A stretch of DNA of 64,000 nt from Nitrospiraceae bacterium (GTDB lineage Bacteria > Nitrospirota > Thermodesulfovibrionia > UBA6902). The stretch is from NCBI GenBank assembly GCA_020356065.1, contig CP070632.1:265284-329283 (forward strand), given 5' to 3'. The notes beneath the pieces were generated by a model. The model was not told the origin of the DNA, did not search any database, and saw only the letters and a list, made by a program, of their open reading frames with translations. Of this stretch, positions 29,673-39,016 are shown in pieces (position 1 is the stretch's first letter; each line of letters opens with the position of its first letter). Made by a program: the position numbers and the translations under genes.

Positions 29673-30445
29673 GACACCTTTGACTCCCCGGCATAATTGC
29701 GCTTTGACGGATGGGGATAAAATGTCGCGCCCTTGAGCTTGAGGCGGAGGGCCTGCCAATAGATGGCGCCGGTTATTTTCATATTCATAAAAGGATATTT
29801 CATGAGCATACGGGACAGTTCATGACTCGAAATTTCATGACGGTTCATGGACAGTTCCGCATCAAAGATTTTTCCCCCCTTTTTATAGCTTGTCATGAGG
29901 ACATGGACCGAATCTGAAGGCTCGCTGAATTCCCATTCATACCTGATGTCCATATCCATGAAGGGAGAAATATGGAATTCCTTGGATATCCGGAACTTTT
30001 TCACTTCATCAACTCCCTCGTTCTGTTCCTCGCCAAGCACATAACAGAACAGCTCCCCCCATGGAGTATTGTGAATCTCTACAATAATTGTCTCAACCCG
30101 CCTGCCCTCTTTATCAAAGCAATAATAAAAGCTCACGGGATTGAAATAATAACCAAAATACCTCATCTGTGTAAGCATTCTTATCGCCCCCTCCGGCCGA
30201 GCGCCGAGTCTCTCTTCGACTATACCCCTAACCGCATGATCAAGGGGGACAGAGGGGTCTCCGAGATGGTACGTCCTGTCGAAAGAGGCAATATTGAAAT
30301 GGTCTGCAGACCAGAGCCAACGTCCCCTGAATACATCCTCCAGTTCTTTCAGGTCAAGGTACATCATAAAAAGTGAGTATCGGAACGTGTTAGATGGTTT
30401 TTTCCTTCCATGCCGTACAACACCCTCATATATGCAGCTCTCCAT
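29669..30445 (-). CDS. DUF1365 protein (UfaO-like).
   Basis: 258 aa. MESCIYEGVVRHGRKKPSNTFRYSLFMMYLDLKEL N-terminus characteristic of DUF1365. There is a 4-nt ATGA overlap with the downstream methyltransferase. Confidence 0.7.
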   Translation of the reverse strand: MESCIYEGVVRHGRKKPSNTFRYSLFMMYLDLKELEDVFRGRWLWSADHFNIASFDRTYHLGDPSVPLDHAVRGIVEERLGARPEGAIRMLTQMRYFGYYFNPVSFYYCFDKEGRRVETIIVEIHNTPWGELFCYVLGEEQNEGVDEVKKFRISKEFHISPFMDMDIRYEWEFSEPSDSVHVLMTSYKKGGKIFDAELSMNRHEISSHELSRMLMKYPFMNMKITGAIYWQALRLKLKGATFYPHPSKRNYAGESKVS

Positions 30446-30446
30446 A

Positions 30447-31688
30447 TCAGAGTCCTTTCCCGAAATATGTGCATGCTGCCAGTGCGCTCTTTACCCCGTC
30501 CTCATGAAAACCATAGCCCCAATAGGCCCCGCAAAAATGAGTACGATTTCGGCCGCTTATTTCTGAGTGTCTTTTCTGTGCTGCTATAGCATCTTTGGTA
30601 AAAACAGGATGATGGTAGAGATACTGTCCGATTTTTTTATCTGCTTCAATATATTCCTCTCTGTTAAGGGTAACACAGAACTCCTCGAAAGACGTGATAG
30701 ATTGAAGTATATTCATATCATAGGTAAGACATGCACGGCCCGAATCCTCTTTTGGTATAAGATAATTCCAGCTTGACCAGATATTGCGTAAAGTGGGAAG
30801 CACTGACGAATCCGTGTGGAGGACCGCAAGATTCTCCTGGTAAGGTATTGAACCAAGGATCTCTTTCTCTGCTCCGGATGCATCAGACAGCAAGGCAAGG
30901 GCCTGATCACTGTGCGTAGCCATCACCACATGATCAAACCGTTCGGTGTTCCCTGATGCAAGACTGAGTTCAACTCCATCAACCTTTCGGATTATTTTCT
31001 TGACAGCACAGTTGAGACGGATCTTGTCAGAGTACGCTGCTGTTAACTTTTCAACATATCGCTCTGATCCACCCTTAATAACAAGCCATTTAAAAGGATT
31101 GATGATATTCAGAAATCCATGATTTTTAAAAAACCGTATGAATGTTCTTAACGGAAATTCCTTGAATGTCTGTGGATCGGTTGACCAAAGGGAAGATCCA
31201 AGCGGAACAACAAAGTGATCATGAAACTTTTTGGAATAGCCTTCTCTTTTCAGATATTGACCTATTTCAATCTCTTCTTTACCATGCATTATACTGTTTA
31301 GTTCACGCCGGAGTCTCAAAATATCATATATCATTCGATAAAAGTTCGGAGAGAGGAGGTTTCTCCTCTGGGCAAAAAACGTATTTAATGTATGGGGACT
31401 GTACTCAAGACCGGTCATTTCATCTTTCACACTGAATGTCATTTTTGTAGATTGAGATTCTACCCCCAACCGGTCCATCATCTTGCAGAAATTGGGATAC
31501 GTCCTCCTGTTAAAGACAATAAATCCAGTGTCTACCGCAAAATGCTGATTGTTCCGCTCCACATCGATGGTATGTGTATGCCCCCCGACATAATCACCGG
31601 CTTCAAAAACGTCGATATCATGTTCACCATGCAGGAGATACGCTGCTGTCATACCTGATATACCACTGCCGACGATGGCGATCTTCAT
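30447..31688 (-). CDS. NAD/FAD-dependent oxidoreductase, amine-oxidase-like (UfaD-like desaturase candidate).
   Basis: 413 aa. N-terminal dinucleotide fold MKIAIVGSGISGMTAAYLL...DVFEAGDYVGGHTHT. Confidence 0.75.
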   Translation of the reverse strand: MKIAIVGSGISGMTAAYLLHGEHDIDVFEAGDYVGGHTHTIDVERNNQHFAVDTGFIVFNRRTYPNFCKMMDRLGVESQSTKMTFSVKDEMTGLEYSPHTLNTFFAQRRNLLSPNFYRMIYDILRLRRELNSIMHGKEEIEIGQYLKREGYSKKFHDHFVVPLGSSLWSTDPQTFKEFPLRTFIRFFKNHGFLNIINPFKWLVIKGGSERYVEKLTAAYSDKIRLNCAVKKIIRKVDGVELSLASGNTERFDHVVMATHSDQALALLSDASGAEKEILGSIPYQENLAVLHTDSSVLPTLRNIWSSWNYLIPKEDSGRACLTYDMNILQSITSFEEFCVTLNREEYIEADKKIGQYLYHHPVFTKDAIAAQKRHSEISGRNRTHFCGAYWGYGFHEDGVKSALAACTYFGKGL

Positions 31689-32105
31689 TTATGCAATCCA
31701 CCTGTTTAAAATCGCAGCAACATACGTCACGATCGCATTAATCGTTCCCCCCCATAATATGTCCACAATGGACATGCGAAGGGACCATTTACTTACCAGT
31801 GAGTAATTCGTCATGTCGTAGACACCGTAAAGGACAATACCATAGACGAATCCCCAGAACAGTGCCGAGGATGCCATATTATCCGGGGACACCTTTGGCA
31901 GGGCAAAGAGGACAATACCAAGGGGAATGAGGACATAAACAATGCCTGCTGCCCAGATTACAGGTGTGAGCGCCCCGTTGGATATTCGGGCAAGCACTCC
32001 CAGCTCATCCTTGTAAAATTTTGACATAATGACCCCAAGCCAGAGAAAGTCGATAATCAGAAATACCGGGAGAACGGCTGCGTATACTTTTAACGTATGC
32101 ATCAT
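31689..32105 (-). CDS. DUF2177-like small membrane protein.
   Basis: 138 aa, 4 TM. Part of the same conserved run. Confidence 0.45.
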   Translation of the reverse strand: MMHTLKVYAAVLPVFLIIDFLWLGVIMSKFYKDELGVLARISNGALTPVIWAAGIVYVLIPLGIVLFALPKVSPDNMASSALFWGFVYGIVLYGVYDMTNYSLVSKWSLRMSIVDILWGGTINAIVTYVAAILNRWIA

Positions 32106-32881
32106 TATGCTTCCTTTCTCGGCGGAAGAGGGAAAAAAGCGCTCGTCCGCCGCTTATATGACTGAAATTCCGGATTGTCCTTATACTTTTCTTCAAGAAG
32201 AGGTATGCCAGAAACTTTTAGGATAAGAAACGTAATGGTGAGAGGGCCCGGGAAGGTTGTCCATCCCTGGGGCACAGAAAGAGCGATGATAAACATCCCC
32301 CACCAGAGGATTACTTCACCGAAATAGTTTGGATGTCTCGTATAAGTCCAGAGTCCCTTTGTCATGATTTTTCCCTTGCTGGCAGGTTCCCTTTTATATT
32401 TCATCAGCTGGCAATCCCCCACTGCCTCAAAGGTAAATCCTGCACCCCATAATAATATACCTAGTATATCAAGAACGCCAATGGGATTCTGTCCAAAGGT
32501 AATTATATATGTCACCGGCAGAGAGATAATAATCATGAGAAGCCCCTGAAAAAGAAAGACCTGAAAAAAAGCCCTGATGACAGCATGTCTGCCCCACTCC
32601 TCTTTCCACTGTCTGTATCGGCGATCTTCAGGCTTTCCCCTGTTTCTTATATAGATGTGGAAGGCAAGGCGAACACCCCATATGACTACAAGACTCGTAA
32701 CAAGAAAACCGCGTGGAGTATTGCTCCCGCTGATAATGAGAGCAGTTATCGCAGTCACAATAAAACCGGTACCCCACAGGATATCAGCAATATCATTGCG
32801 ACTCAATACCTGCGCTATAAAAAACCACAGGGTCATATAGATCATGATGACGACTGTTTGTGTGATGAGTACCTCAAACAT
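32105..32881 (-). CDS. DUF1295 (steroid-5-alpha-reductase/ICMT-like) membrane protein.
   Basis: 258 aa. C-terminal WTYTRHPNYFGEVILWWG motif of the DUF1295/ICMT fold. Confidence 0.65.
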   Translation of the reverse strand: MFEVLITQTVVIMIYMTLWFFIAQVLSRNDIADILWGTGFIVTAITALIISGSNTPRGFLVTSLVVIWGVRLAFHIYIRNRGKPEDRRYRQWKEEWGRHAVIRAFFQVFLFQGLLMIIISLPVTYIITFGQNPIGVLDILGILLWGAGFTFEAVGDCQLMKYKREPASKGKIMTKGLWTYTRHPNYFGEVILWWGMFIIALSVPQGWTTFPGPLTITFLILKVSGIPLLEEKYKDNPEFQSYKRRTSAFFPLPPRKEA

Positions 32882-33017
32882 AGCTTTAAGTGGTTACCTG
32901 AGCCTTTTGAAATGTTTCCTTTTCAACTATTTGCATTGTAAAAGAGGCCTCTCTTTCCCCGGCTGCAGGTAAACAGGCTGCTGGAATGACGTTACGATGG
33001 ACATTTTAATTCAGTAC

Positions 33018-33620
33018 TTAATACTCCATTCCCTCGCCCTCCCACTTTTCCCCCTTATTAAGCAATGCATACTTAAGGTTCTCACTGACAGGGTTTTCTC
33101 CAAGCCATATCCGGTAATAAATGGAAGCAAAATCGTATCCCTCTATTACCCCAAGTACTTCATCGTTCAAAGCAAGTTCGGTCCCCTTATCAGGGAAATA
33201 TGTCAAGGAATACCGTCCGCCTTTTTTCACATCACGATACATGTTATGGATCTTTTCAAGTTTTCCTTTGATTTGAAACAGCTCATCCTGAGATGCATTT
33301 TTTTCAAGAAGTTTCTCCCCGGACTCTGCAAACTGCTCTGAAGTCATATCAGTAAGATAATGAAAAACCATTTTTTTTGGTTTATCTTCAAGGACATTTC
33401 CATTTGATACATCCTCCGGTACATACAGAGCTGCCACATATACCTTGAAGAAAAGCCATTTCAGAAGACCTGCTCCCCTCAACCTCAGAACTTCATTGCC
33501 TTCAGTTATCATGTCTTCAAAGTAGACACCATTGATCTCTGCCCCGGATAGTTCACCCGAATTCCAAAGAAGGATCATCGGAATCATTATGTAAAGGATA
33601 ACTTTTCTCATATTACTCAA
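33018..33620 (-). CDS. Secreted chalcone-isomerase-like (fatty-acid-binding fold) protein.
   Basis: 200 aa. Signal peptide, then LRLRGAGLLKWLFFKVYVAALYVPE, the diagnostic CHI-like/FAP motif. Confidence 0.65.
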   Translation of the reverse strand: MSNMRKVILYIMIPMILLWNSGELSGAEINGVYFEDMITEGNEVLRLRGAGLLKWLFFKVYVAALYVPEDVSNGNVLEDKPKKMVFHYLTDMTSEQFAESGEKLLEKNASQDELFQIKGKLEKIHNMYRDVKKGGRYSLTYFPDKGTELALNDEVLGVIEGYDFASIYYRIWLGENPVSENLKYALLNKGEKWEGEGMEY

Positions 33621-33660
33621 CGCACTTCCTCATAGATAATCATATCAGACATTTGATTTT

Positions 33661-34632
33661 ATGCAAAGGATGATGTTCCCTACCGAATCTGATATATTAA
33701 TCGTATTGCCGCTTCTTCTCATCTGCATTTGTTATAAAATGAGAGAGCCCGAGCACTCTACGATAATGTTTAAAAACGAAGCTGAAAATTTTTACAATTA
33801 TCTCAGAATAAACGGATTATCCAGGTCGGCCCGAAAATTCAGGACTCTGGTATACCGCTTCTACAGGGACAATGCCCGTGAAAATTTACCCTGGCGCAAC
33901 ACTGATGATCCTTATCACATACTCGTTTCGGAAATCATGCTGCAGCAGACGCAAATTGAAAGGGTCATGAACAAATATCCTTTATTTTTATCAAAATTCC
34001 CTGACTTCCGATCACTTGCCCGCGCAAGGCTTCGCTCCCTGTATAAAGTCTGGCAGGGCATGGGATATAACCGCCGTGCACTTGCCTTAAAAAACATTGC
34101 CCGAGTGGTTGTAACATCCCCCTATGAAGGAAATCTGCCTTCGGATGTGGATGAGCTCATGGCTATGCCCTTTATCGGTCAGTCAACAGCTGGAGCAGTT
34201 GCTGCATTTGCATTTCACAAGCCTTCAATATTTATTGAAACGAATATACGCAGGGTATTTATTCATTTTTTCTTCAGGGAACAGGGACGGGTAGCGGACC
34301 GGCACATTTTGCCATTGATAGAAAAAACGCTCGACAGAAAAGATCCACGAAACTGGTACTACGCACTCATGGATTACGGGGCGGCACTGAGATATCTTAA
34401 AGACAATCCAAATTTAAAAAGCACCCTATATAAAAAACAGAGTACTTTTGCAGGCTCAAAACGTCAGATGAGGGGGAAGATCCTGCGTCTCATCAGTGAA
34501 AAGCAGAGTATACCTTTGAAGGATTTACAAGGACAATTGAATATGTCCTGTGATAAGATTGAAAAAATTATCGATGAGCTCTGTGATGAAGGCTTTATTA
34601 AAAAGAAGGGATGTTATATCAGAATGGGTTAG
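33661..34632 (+). CDS. HhH-GPD superfamily DNA glycosylase with no Fe-S loop. The true start is probably an internal Met (MREPE/MFKNE).
   Basis: PWRNTDDPYHILVSEIMLQQTQ...MAMPFIGQSTAGAV helix-hairpin-helix/Gly-rich loop. No Cys cluster follows the HhH. IETNIRRV occupies the position of the usual VDTN/VDGN catalytic Asp motif. Confidence 0.6.
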   Translation: MQRMMFPTESDILIVLPLLLICICYKMREPEHSTIMFKNEAENFYNYLRINGLSRSARKFRTLVYRFYRDNARENLPWRNTDDPYHILVSEIMLQQTQIERVMNKYPLFLSKFPDFRSLARARLRSLYKVWQGMGYNRRALALKNIARVVVTSPYEGNLPSDVDELMAMPFIGQSTAGAVAAFAFHKPSIFIETNIRRVFIHFFFREQGRVADRHILPLIEKTLDRKDPRNWYYALMDYGAALRYLKDNPNLKSTLYKKQSTFAGSKRQMRGKILRLISEKQSIPLKDLQGQLNMSCDKIEKIIDELCDEGFIKKKGCYIRMG

Positions 34633-34751
34633 AGTTAATGACCGATGTCAAAACTCACATGCCAAATGAATGTCAACTGACTTTAAGCAGTAAATAAATC
34701 GTTCAAATTTACCAGTGAAGTCTCTTTTGACTTTTGCCATTGGAACTTGAA

Positions 34752-34781
34752 TTGACATTTGGATTTTATCATTTGACATTT
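34752..34781. promoter_or_regulatory. Direct-repeat motif TTGACATTT-N12-TTGACATTT just upstream of the photolyase start.
   Basis: A 27-nt block ACATTTGGATTTTATCATTTGACATTT is repeated with 23/27 identity upstream of the GATase gene (51286-51312). Confidence 0.45.
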
Positions 34782-34808
34782 AACTACCTCCATACCCTAT
34801 AGTTTCTG

Positions 34809-36167
34809 ATGCAAATTATGATTGATACACGTGTAAGAATCATTAAGCAAGGGAAAATAGTCAGAGGGCCAGTGGTCTACTGGATGAGCAGGGACCAAAG
34901 GATCGCTGATAACTGGGCACTCCTTTATGCCCAGCGTATTGCCTTACAACAGAAATCCCCGCTTGTTGTGGCATTCTGCCTTGTCCCGCATTTCCTTGAG
35001 GCAACGATCAGGCAATACGGATTTATGCTCAGGGGGCTTCAGGAGCTGGAAGCAGGTCTGCATGAGAAGAACATCTCATTTGTTCTGACAGCAGGCTCAC
35101 CCGAAGAGCAGATACCGCGACTGGTGAAAAAGCTCAAGGTCGCCTGCCTGATTACTGACTTTGATCCTTTGCGGATCAAGAGGAAGTGGAAGGCAGAGGT
35201 GGGAAAGAAAATTGATATCCCATTTCATGAAGTTGATGCCCACAATATCATCCCCTGCTGGATTGCTTCTCCTAAGCAGGAATATGCTGCATATACGATC
35301 CGTCCGAAGATTAGCAGGCTGTTGCCAAAATACCTTGATTCATTTCCTTCCCTTAAAAGGCATCCCTCTGAATTAAAGGAGAAACAGGCCCTCACTAAAT
35401 GGGAAGATGTATATTCATCCCTCAGGATTAACCATAAAGTTGGGGAAGTAACATGGCTGAAGCCGGGAGAAAAGGCAGCAAAAAAAGCCCTGAAACATTT
35501 CGCAGAAAAGAAATTGCGGCTTTATGATTCACAGCGAAATGACCCGACTATTGATGGACAGTCAAATCTTTCGCCCTATCTGCATTTCGGTCATATCTCA
35601 GGGCAGCGGGTGACCCTTGAAGTTCAGTCACGTAAGGCGCCAAATAAGGACAGAGAGGCCTTTCTTGAAGAGCTTATTGTGCGACGTGAATTGTCAGACA
35701 ATTTCTGTTATTACAATGACCATTATGATTCATTTGAGGGCTTTCCTTCCTGGGCAAAGGAATCACTTAATAAATACAGGAAGAAACCCCGCGAATATAT
35801 ATACACTCTGAAGCAGTTCGAACATGCAGAAACTCATGACAGGTTATGGAATGCAGCCCAGCTGGAAATGACATCCCGTGGAAAGATGCACGGTTACATG
35901 AGGATGTACTGGGCTAAAAAAATTCTGGAGTGGTCGGAATCCCCGGAGCGGGCAATGGAAATCGCCATATTTCTGAATGACAGATATGAGCTTGACGGGA
36001 GAGATCCCAACGGATACGTCGGAATCGCATGGAGTATTGGGGGTGTGCATGACAGGGCATGGAATGAAAGACGCGTCTTCGGTAAGGTGCGATACATGAG
36101 TTATAATGGATGCAAGGGTAAATTTGATGTAATAAAATATATTGAGGAAAATGGCGGGAATGACTGA
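34809..36167 (+). CDS. phr: Class II CPD photolyase.
   Basis: 452 aa. [17 protein letters not shown]-terminus, [13 protein letters not shown] and C-terminal FAD-binding W/R-rich blocks typical of class II deoxyribodipyrimidine photolyases. Confidence 0.8.
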   Translation: MQIMIDTRVRIIKQGKIVRGPVVYWMSRDQRIADNWALLYAQRIALQQKSPLVVAFCLVPHFLEATIRQYGFMLRGLQELEAGLHEKNISFVLTAGSPEEQIPRLVKKLKVACLITDFDPLRIKRKWKAEVGKKIDIPFHEVDAHNIIPCWIASPKQEYAAYTIRPKISRLLPKYLDSFPSLKRHPSELKEKQALTKWEDVYSSLRINHKVGEVTWLKPGEKAAKKALKHFAEKKLRLYDSQRNDPTIDGQSNLSPYLHFGHISGQRVTLEVQSRKAPNKDREAFLEELIVRRELSDNFCYYNDHYDSFEGFPSWAKESLNKYRKKPREYIYTLKQFEHAETHDRLWNAAQLEMTSRGKMHGYMRMYWAKKILEWSESPERAMEIAIFLNDRYELDGRDPNGYVGIAWSIGGVHDRAWNERRVFGKVRYMSYNGCKGKFDVIKYIEENGGND

Positions 36168-36633
36168 GATCCCATTCAACAAATCTCAGGGTGAGGTCAA
36201 TGTCACAGAGAGACTTCAATTCCTGGATAGAAAACAGAGGCATGCCGTACTGGCAACTGTATCAAACGGTCGACCTTATACTTCGCTTGTGGCCTTTGCC
36301 CTTACTCCTGATGCCACGGGGCTTCTGTTTGCAACACCGAAAAAGACTACGAAATACACTAATATGCTTAAGAACAGCAATGTTTCTATTCTTATTGACA
36401 GTCGGAAAAACACGGCAAAAGGATATATGGAGTCCGAAGCCGTCACCATAACAGGAACTGCAACAGCTATCAGGAAGGGAAGAAGGAGGGATATGCTGGC
36501 CGGAATTTTCAGGGAAAAACATCCCGAATTGGGCGGGTTTGTCAATGCTGCCTCTACCGCGCTTGTTCTGGTTGCGTTCGATAAGATTATTCATGCAGGC
36601 AAATTTCAAATAATTTCCAAATGGCAAAAATAA
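36142..36633 (+). CDS. Pyridoxamine-5'-phosphate-oxidase-like FMN-binding split-barrel protein.
   Basis: 163 aa. [27 protein letters not shown] pattern of the PNPOx-like/general stress protein 26 fold. Confidence 0.55.
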   Translation: MRKMAGMTEIPFNKSQGEVNVTERLQFLDRKQRHAVLATVSNGRPYTSLVAFALTPDATGLLFATPKKTTKYTNMLKNSNVSILIDSRKNTAKGYMESEAVTITGTATAIRKGRRRDMLAGIFREKHPELGGFVNAASTALVLVAFDKIIHAGKFQIISKWQK

Positions 36634-36643
36634 ATGAGGTAAT

Positions 36644-37612
36644 ATGGATGATCTGAAACTGACATCAGAAGACAGAGTATTGATACTCGGAGCAACCGGC
36701 TTTATCGGAAAGCGGCTTGTAAGGGAGCTTGCAGAAGAAAACATAAAAATGCGTATCCTTGCCCGTACGCCGTCCAGGGCAAAAGACATAGCTCCCAAAG
36801 GTACAGATGCAGAGATTGTACAGGGAGATGTTACAAAAAAGGAAACGTTGGAAAAAGCCCTTGAAGGAATCCATTCGGCATATTACCTTGTTCATTCAAT
36901 GGGGGGCAAAAGTCTTCTGAAAAATACGGAATTTGCAGAAAAAGACAAAAAAGCAGCAAAAAACTTTATTTCTTCCGCTGACAAAACAGGACTGAAGAGA
37001 GTCATATATCTCGGCGGGCTGGGAGAAAAAGGCGAAGGCCTCTCTGAACATCTGCAAAGCCGTGCCGAGGTAGGGAACATTCTCTCTTCAGGAAAGGCAT
37101 CAGCAACAATTCTTCGGGCCGCTGTTATCATAGGCGCCGGCGGAGCATCCTATGAAATGTTGCGTTATCTTGTGGAAAGGCTTCCGGTCATGACCTGTCC
37201 AAAATGGATCAGGACAAGAATACAGCCTATCGCCTTACGGGACGTTGTCCTGTACCTTGTTGGATGCCTGAAGAATCCGGAAACAGCCGGACAGACCTTT
37301 GATATCGGGGGACCTGACATCATGACCTACAAGTCAATGATGGTACAGTATGCCGATGCAAGGGGACTAGCGAAAAGAATAATTATTGACCTGCCGTTTA
37401 TTACTCCTTCCCTATCTGCTTACTGGGTAGACCTCGTCACTCCCATACCATCGGGAATAGCACATCCCCTTATTGAGGGAATGAAAAATGAGGTCATCTG
37501 TAAAGACAACCGTATTGATGAATTTGTTCATATTCAAAAAACCCCTTTCAGGGAAGCGGTGCAGGCCGCTTTTGCTGAAGAGACAAGCGGGCCGGGCGTG
37601 ACAGGATTCTGA
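36644..37612 (+). CDS. NAD(P)H-binding NmrA/SDR-like oxidoreductase.
   Basis: 322 aa. VLILGATGFIGKRLVREL Rossmann motif. Confidence 0.65.
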   Translation: MDDLKLTSEDRVLILGATGFIGKRLVRELAEENIKMRILARTPSRAKDIAPKGTDAEIVQGDVTKKETLEKALEGIHSAYYLVHSMGGKSLLKNTEFAEKDKKAAKNFISSADKTGLKRVIYLGGLGEKGEGLSEHLQSRAEVGNILSSGKASATILRAAVIIGAGGASYEMLRYLVERLPVMTCPKWIRTRIQPIALRDVVLYLVGCLKNPETAGQTFDIGGPDIMTYKSMMVQYADARGLAKRIIIDLPFITPSLSAYWVDLVTPIPSGIAHPLIEGMKNEVICKDNRIDEFVHIQKTPFREAVQAAFAEETSGPGVTGF

Positions 37613-38041
37613 ATGGAAATAGAACACTCAGTCACAATACATGCTGATATCACTACCGTCTGGGACATCTTTACTGATCTCACATGCTGGAGAGAGTGGA
37701 GCACTGTTCTGGGAGACAGCTCATCAGAACAAGACAGGCTGACAAAAGGAAAACGCTTCAAATTCTGCATTCGCCCATTTACTTTCCCTGTTCATGTTGA
37801 ACCTGTTGTGGAAGAAGTTGTTCCGGGAGAGCGTATTATATGGTCAGGGGAAAAGTACGGAATACAGGCGCGCCACGAGTTCATCTTCAGTGAATTACAC
37901 AACAGCGTCCAGGTACTGAGCAGGGAAATTTTCACTGCCCGCGCTATCAACAAGCTGCTATTTCATATACCTAAAAAAAAGCTTCATGAGCTTTCAATAA
38001 AAATGCTTAATGAGCTGAAAGAGGCCTCGGAAAGAGCTTAA
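37613..38041 (+). CDS. SRPBCC (polyketide cyclase/START-like) protein.
   Basis: 142 aa. HSVTIHADITTVWDIFTDLTCWREW typical SRPBCC N-terminus. Start codon abuts the previous stop. Confidence 0.55.
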   Translation: MEIEHSVTIHADITTVWDIFTDLTCWREWSTVLGDSSSEQDRLTKGKRFKFCIRPFTFPVHVEPVVEEVVPGERIIWSGEKYGIQARHEFIFSELHNSVQVLSREIFTARAINKLLFHIPKKKLHELSIKMLNELKEASERA

Positions 38042-38053
38042 GAGGGAGAGTCT

Positions 38054-39004
38054 GTGAAAGAAAAAATAAAACTGGGAATCAGCACCTGTCTCCTTGGAGA
38101 AAATGTCCGTTATGACGGAGGACATCAGCATGACCGTTATTTAACCGGCACCCTAGGCAAGTATGTCAGTTGGTACCCGGTCTGCCCCGAGGTTGAATGC
38201 GGCCTGCCTGTGCCAAGGGAAGCTATGCGCCTTGTCGGTGAACCGGACTCACCCCGCTTGATGACGAGAAAGACAGGGATTGATCATACAGAAAAGATGC
38301 AGAGCTGGATCCGGGGGAAGTTAAAGAAGCTGGAAGAGCAAGACCTTTGCGGATTCATTTTTAAAAGCAAATCGCCAAGTTCCGGGTACAGCGGGGTAAA
38401 AGTATACTCATCATCAGGGACCCCCGGGAAAAAGGGGATGGGTATATTTGCTGCTGCATTTATTGATCACTTCCCCCTTGTCCCGGTTGAAGATGACGGC
38501 AGGCTTCATGATCCTCTGATTAGAGAGAATTTTATAGAAAGAGTGTTTGTGTTCAGACACTGGAAAAAAACGCTTCAGAAAAATACAGGAGTGAAAGGAC
38601 TGATAGCGTTTCATACAGCCCACAAACTCCTTCTTATGGCGCACAGCCAGAAAGACTACTCTCTTCTCGGCAAAATGGTCGCCGGAGCAGGGAAAAAGGC
38701 GGACAAGAATTTCTTTCATGAATATATCACCACCTTCATGGATGCGGTTAAACTGCAGGCAACGTCGAAAAAGAACACCAATGTCCTTATGCACCTTGCC
38801 GGTTATTTCAAAAAAAATCTTACAAAAGATGAAAAAGCCGAGCTTCTTGAAGTCATTGAAAACTACCACATGGGAATCATTCCCCTTATCGTTCCCATTA
38901 CCTTAATCAATCACTATGTTCGCAAGTACGATGAACCGTACCTGAAAAAACAGTACTATCTAAATCCTCACCCTGCAGAGCTCATGCTGAGAAATCATGT
39001 GTAA
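38054..39004 (+). CDS. Fused DUF523 (TudS-like)-DUF1722 (YbgA-like) protein.
   Basis: 316 aa. LGISTCLLGENVRYDGGH...CPEVECGLPVPR DUF523 Cys motif plus a C-terminal DUF1722 helical domain. E. coli ybgA, which sits next to phr, is DUF1722. Confidence 0.6.
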   Translation: MKEKIKLGISTCLLGENVRYDGGHQHDRYLTGTLGKYVSWYPVCPEVECGLPVPREAMRLVGEPDSPRLMTRKTGIDHTEKMQSWIRGKLKKLEEQDLCGFIFKSKSPSSGYSGVKVYSSSGTPGKKGMGIFAAAFIDHFPLVPVEDDGRLHDPLIRENFIERVFVFRHWKKTLQKNTGVKGLIAFHTAHKLLLMAHSQKDYSLLGKMVAGAGKKADKNFFHEYITTFMDAVKLQATSKKNTNVLMHLAGYFKKNLTKDEKAELLEVIENYHMGIIPLIVPITLINHYVRKYDEPYLKKQYYLNPHPAELMLRNHV

Positions 39005-39016
39005 GGGTCATTAAGA

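Noticed and set aside
28365-29759. Called 464-aa CFA-synthase ORF with a 29-aa N-terminal extension, and the ORF 28217-28516 (-).
   Set aside because: The extension is an in-frame read-through into the upstream DUF1365 gene. The MKETIV start gives the canonical ATGA overlap. The 28217-28516 ORF is out of frame within the coding or intergenic junction and has no protein-like features.
34645-34781. Multiple TTGACA hexamers upstream of the photolyase and GATase genes, read as sigma-70 -35 boxes.
   Set aside because: The spacing to any plausible -10 element and to the start codons is inconsistent (19-20 nt spacers, predicted TSS beyond the ATG). They are better treated as repeated operator half-sites. 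See the findings.
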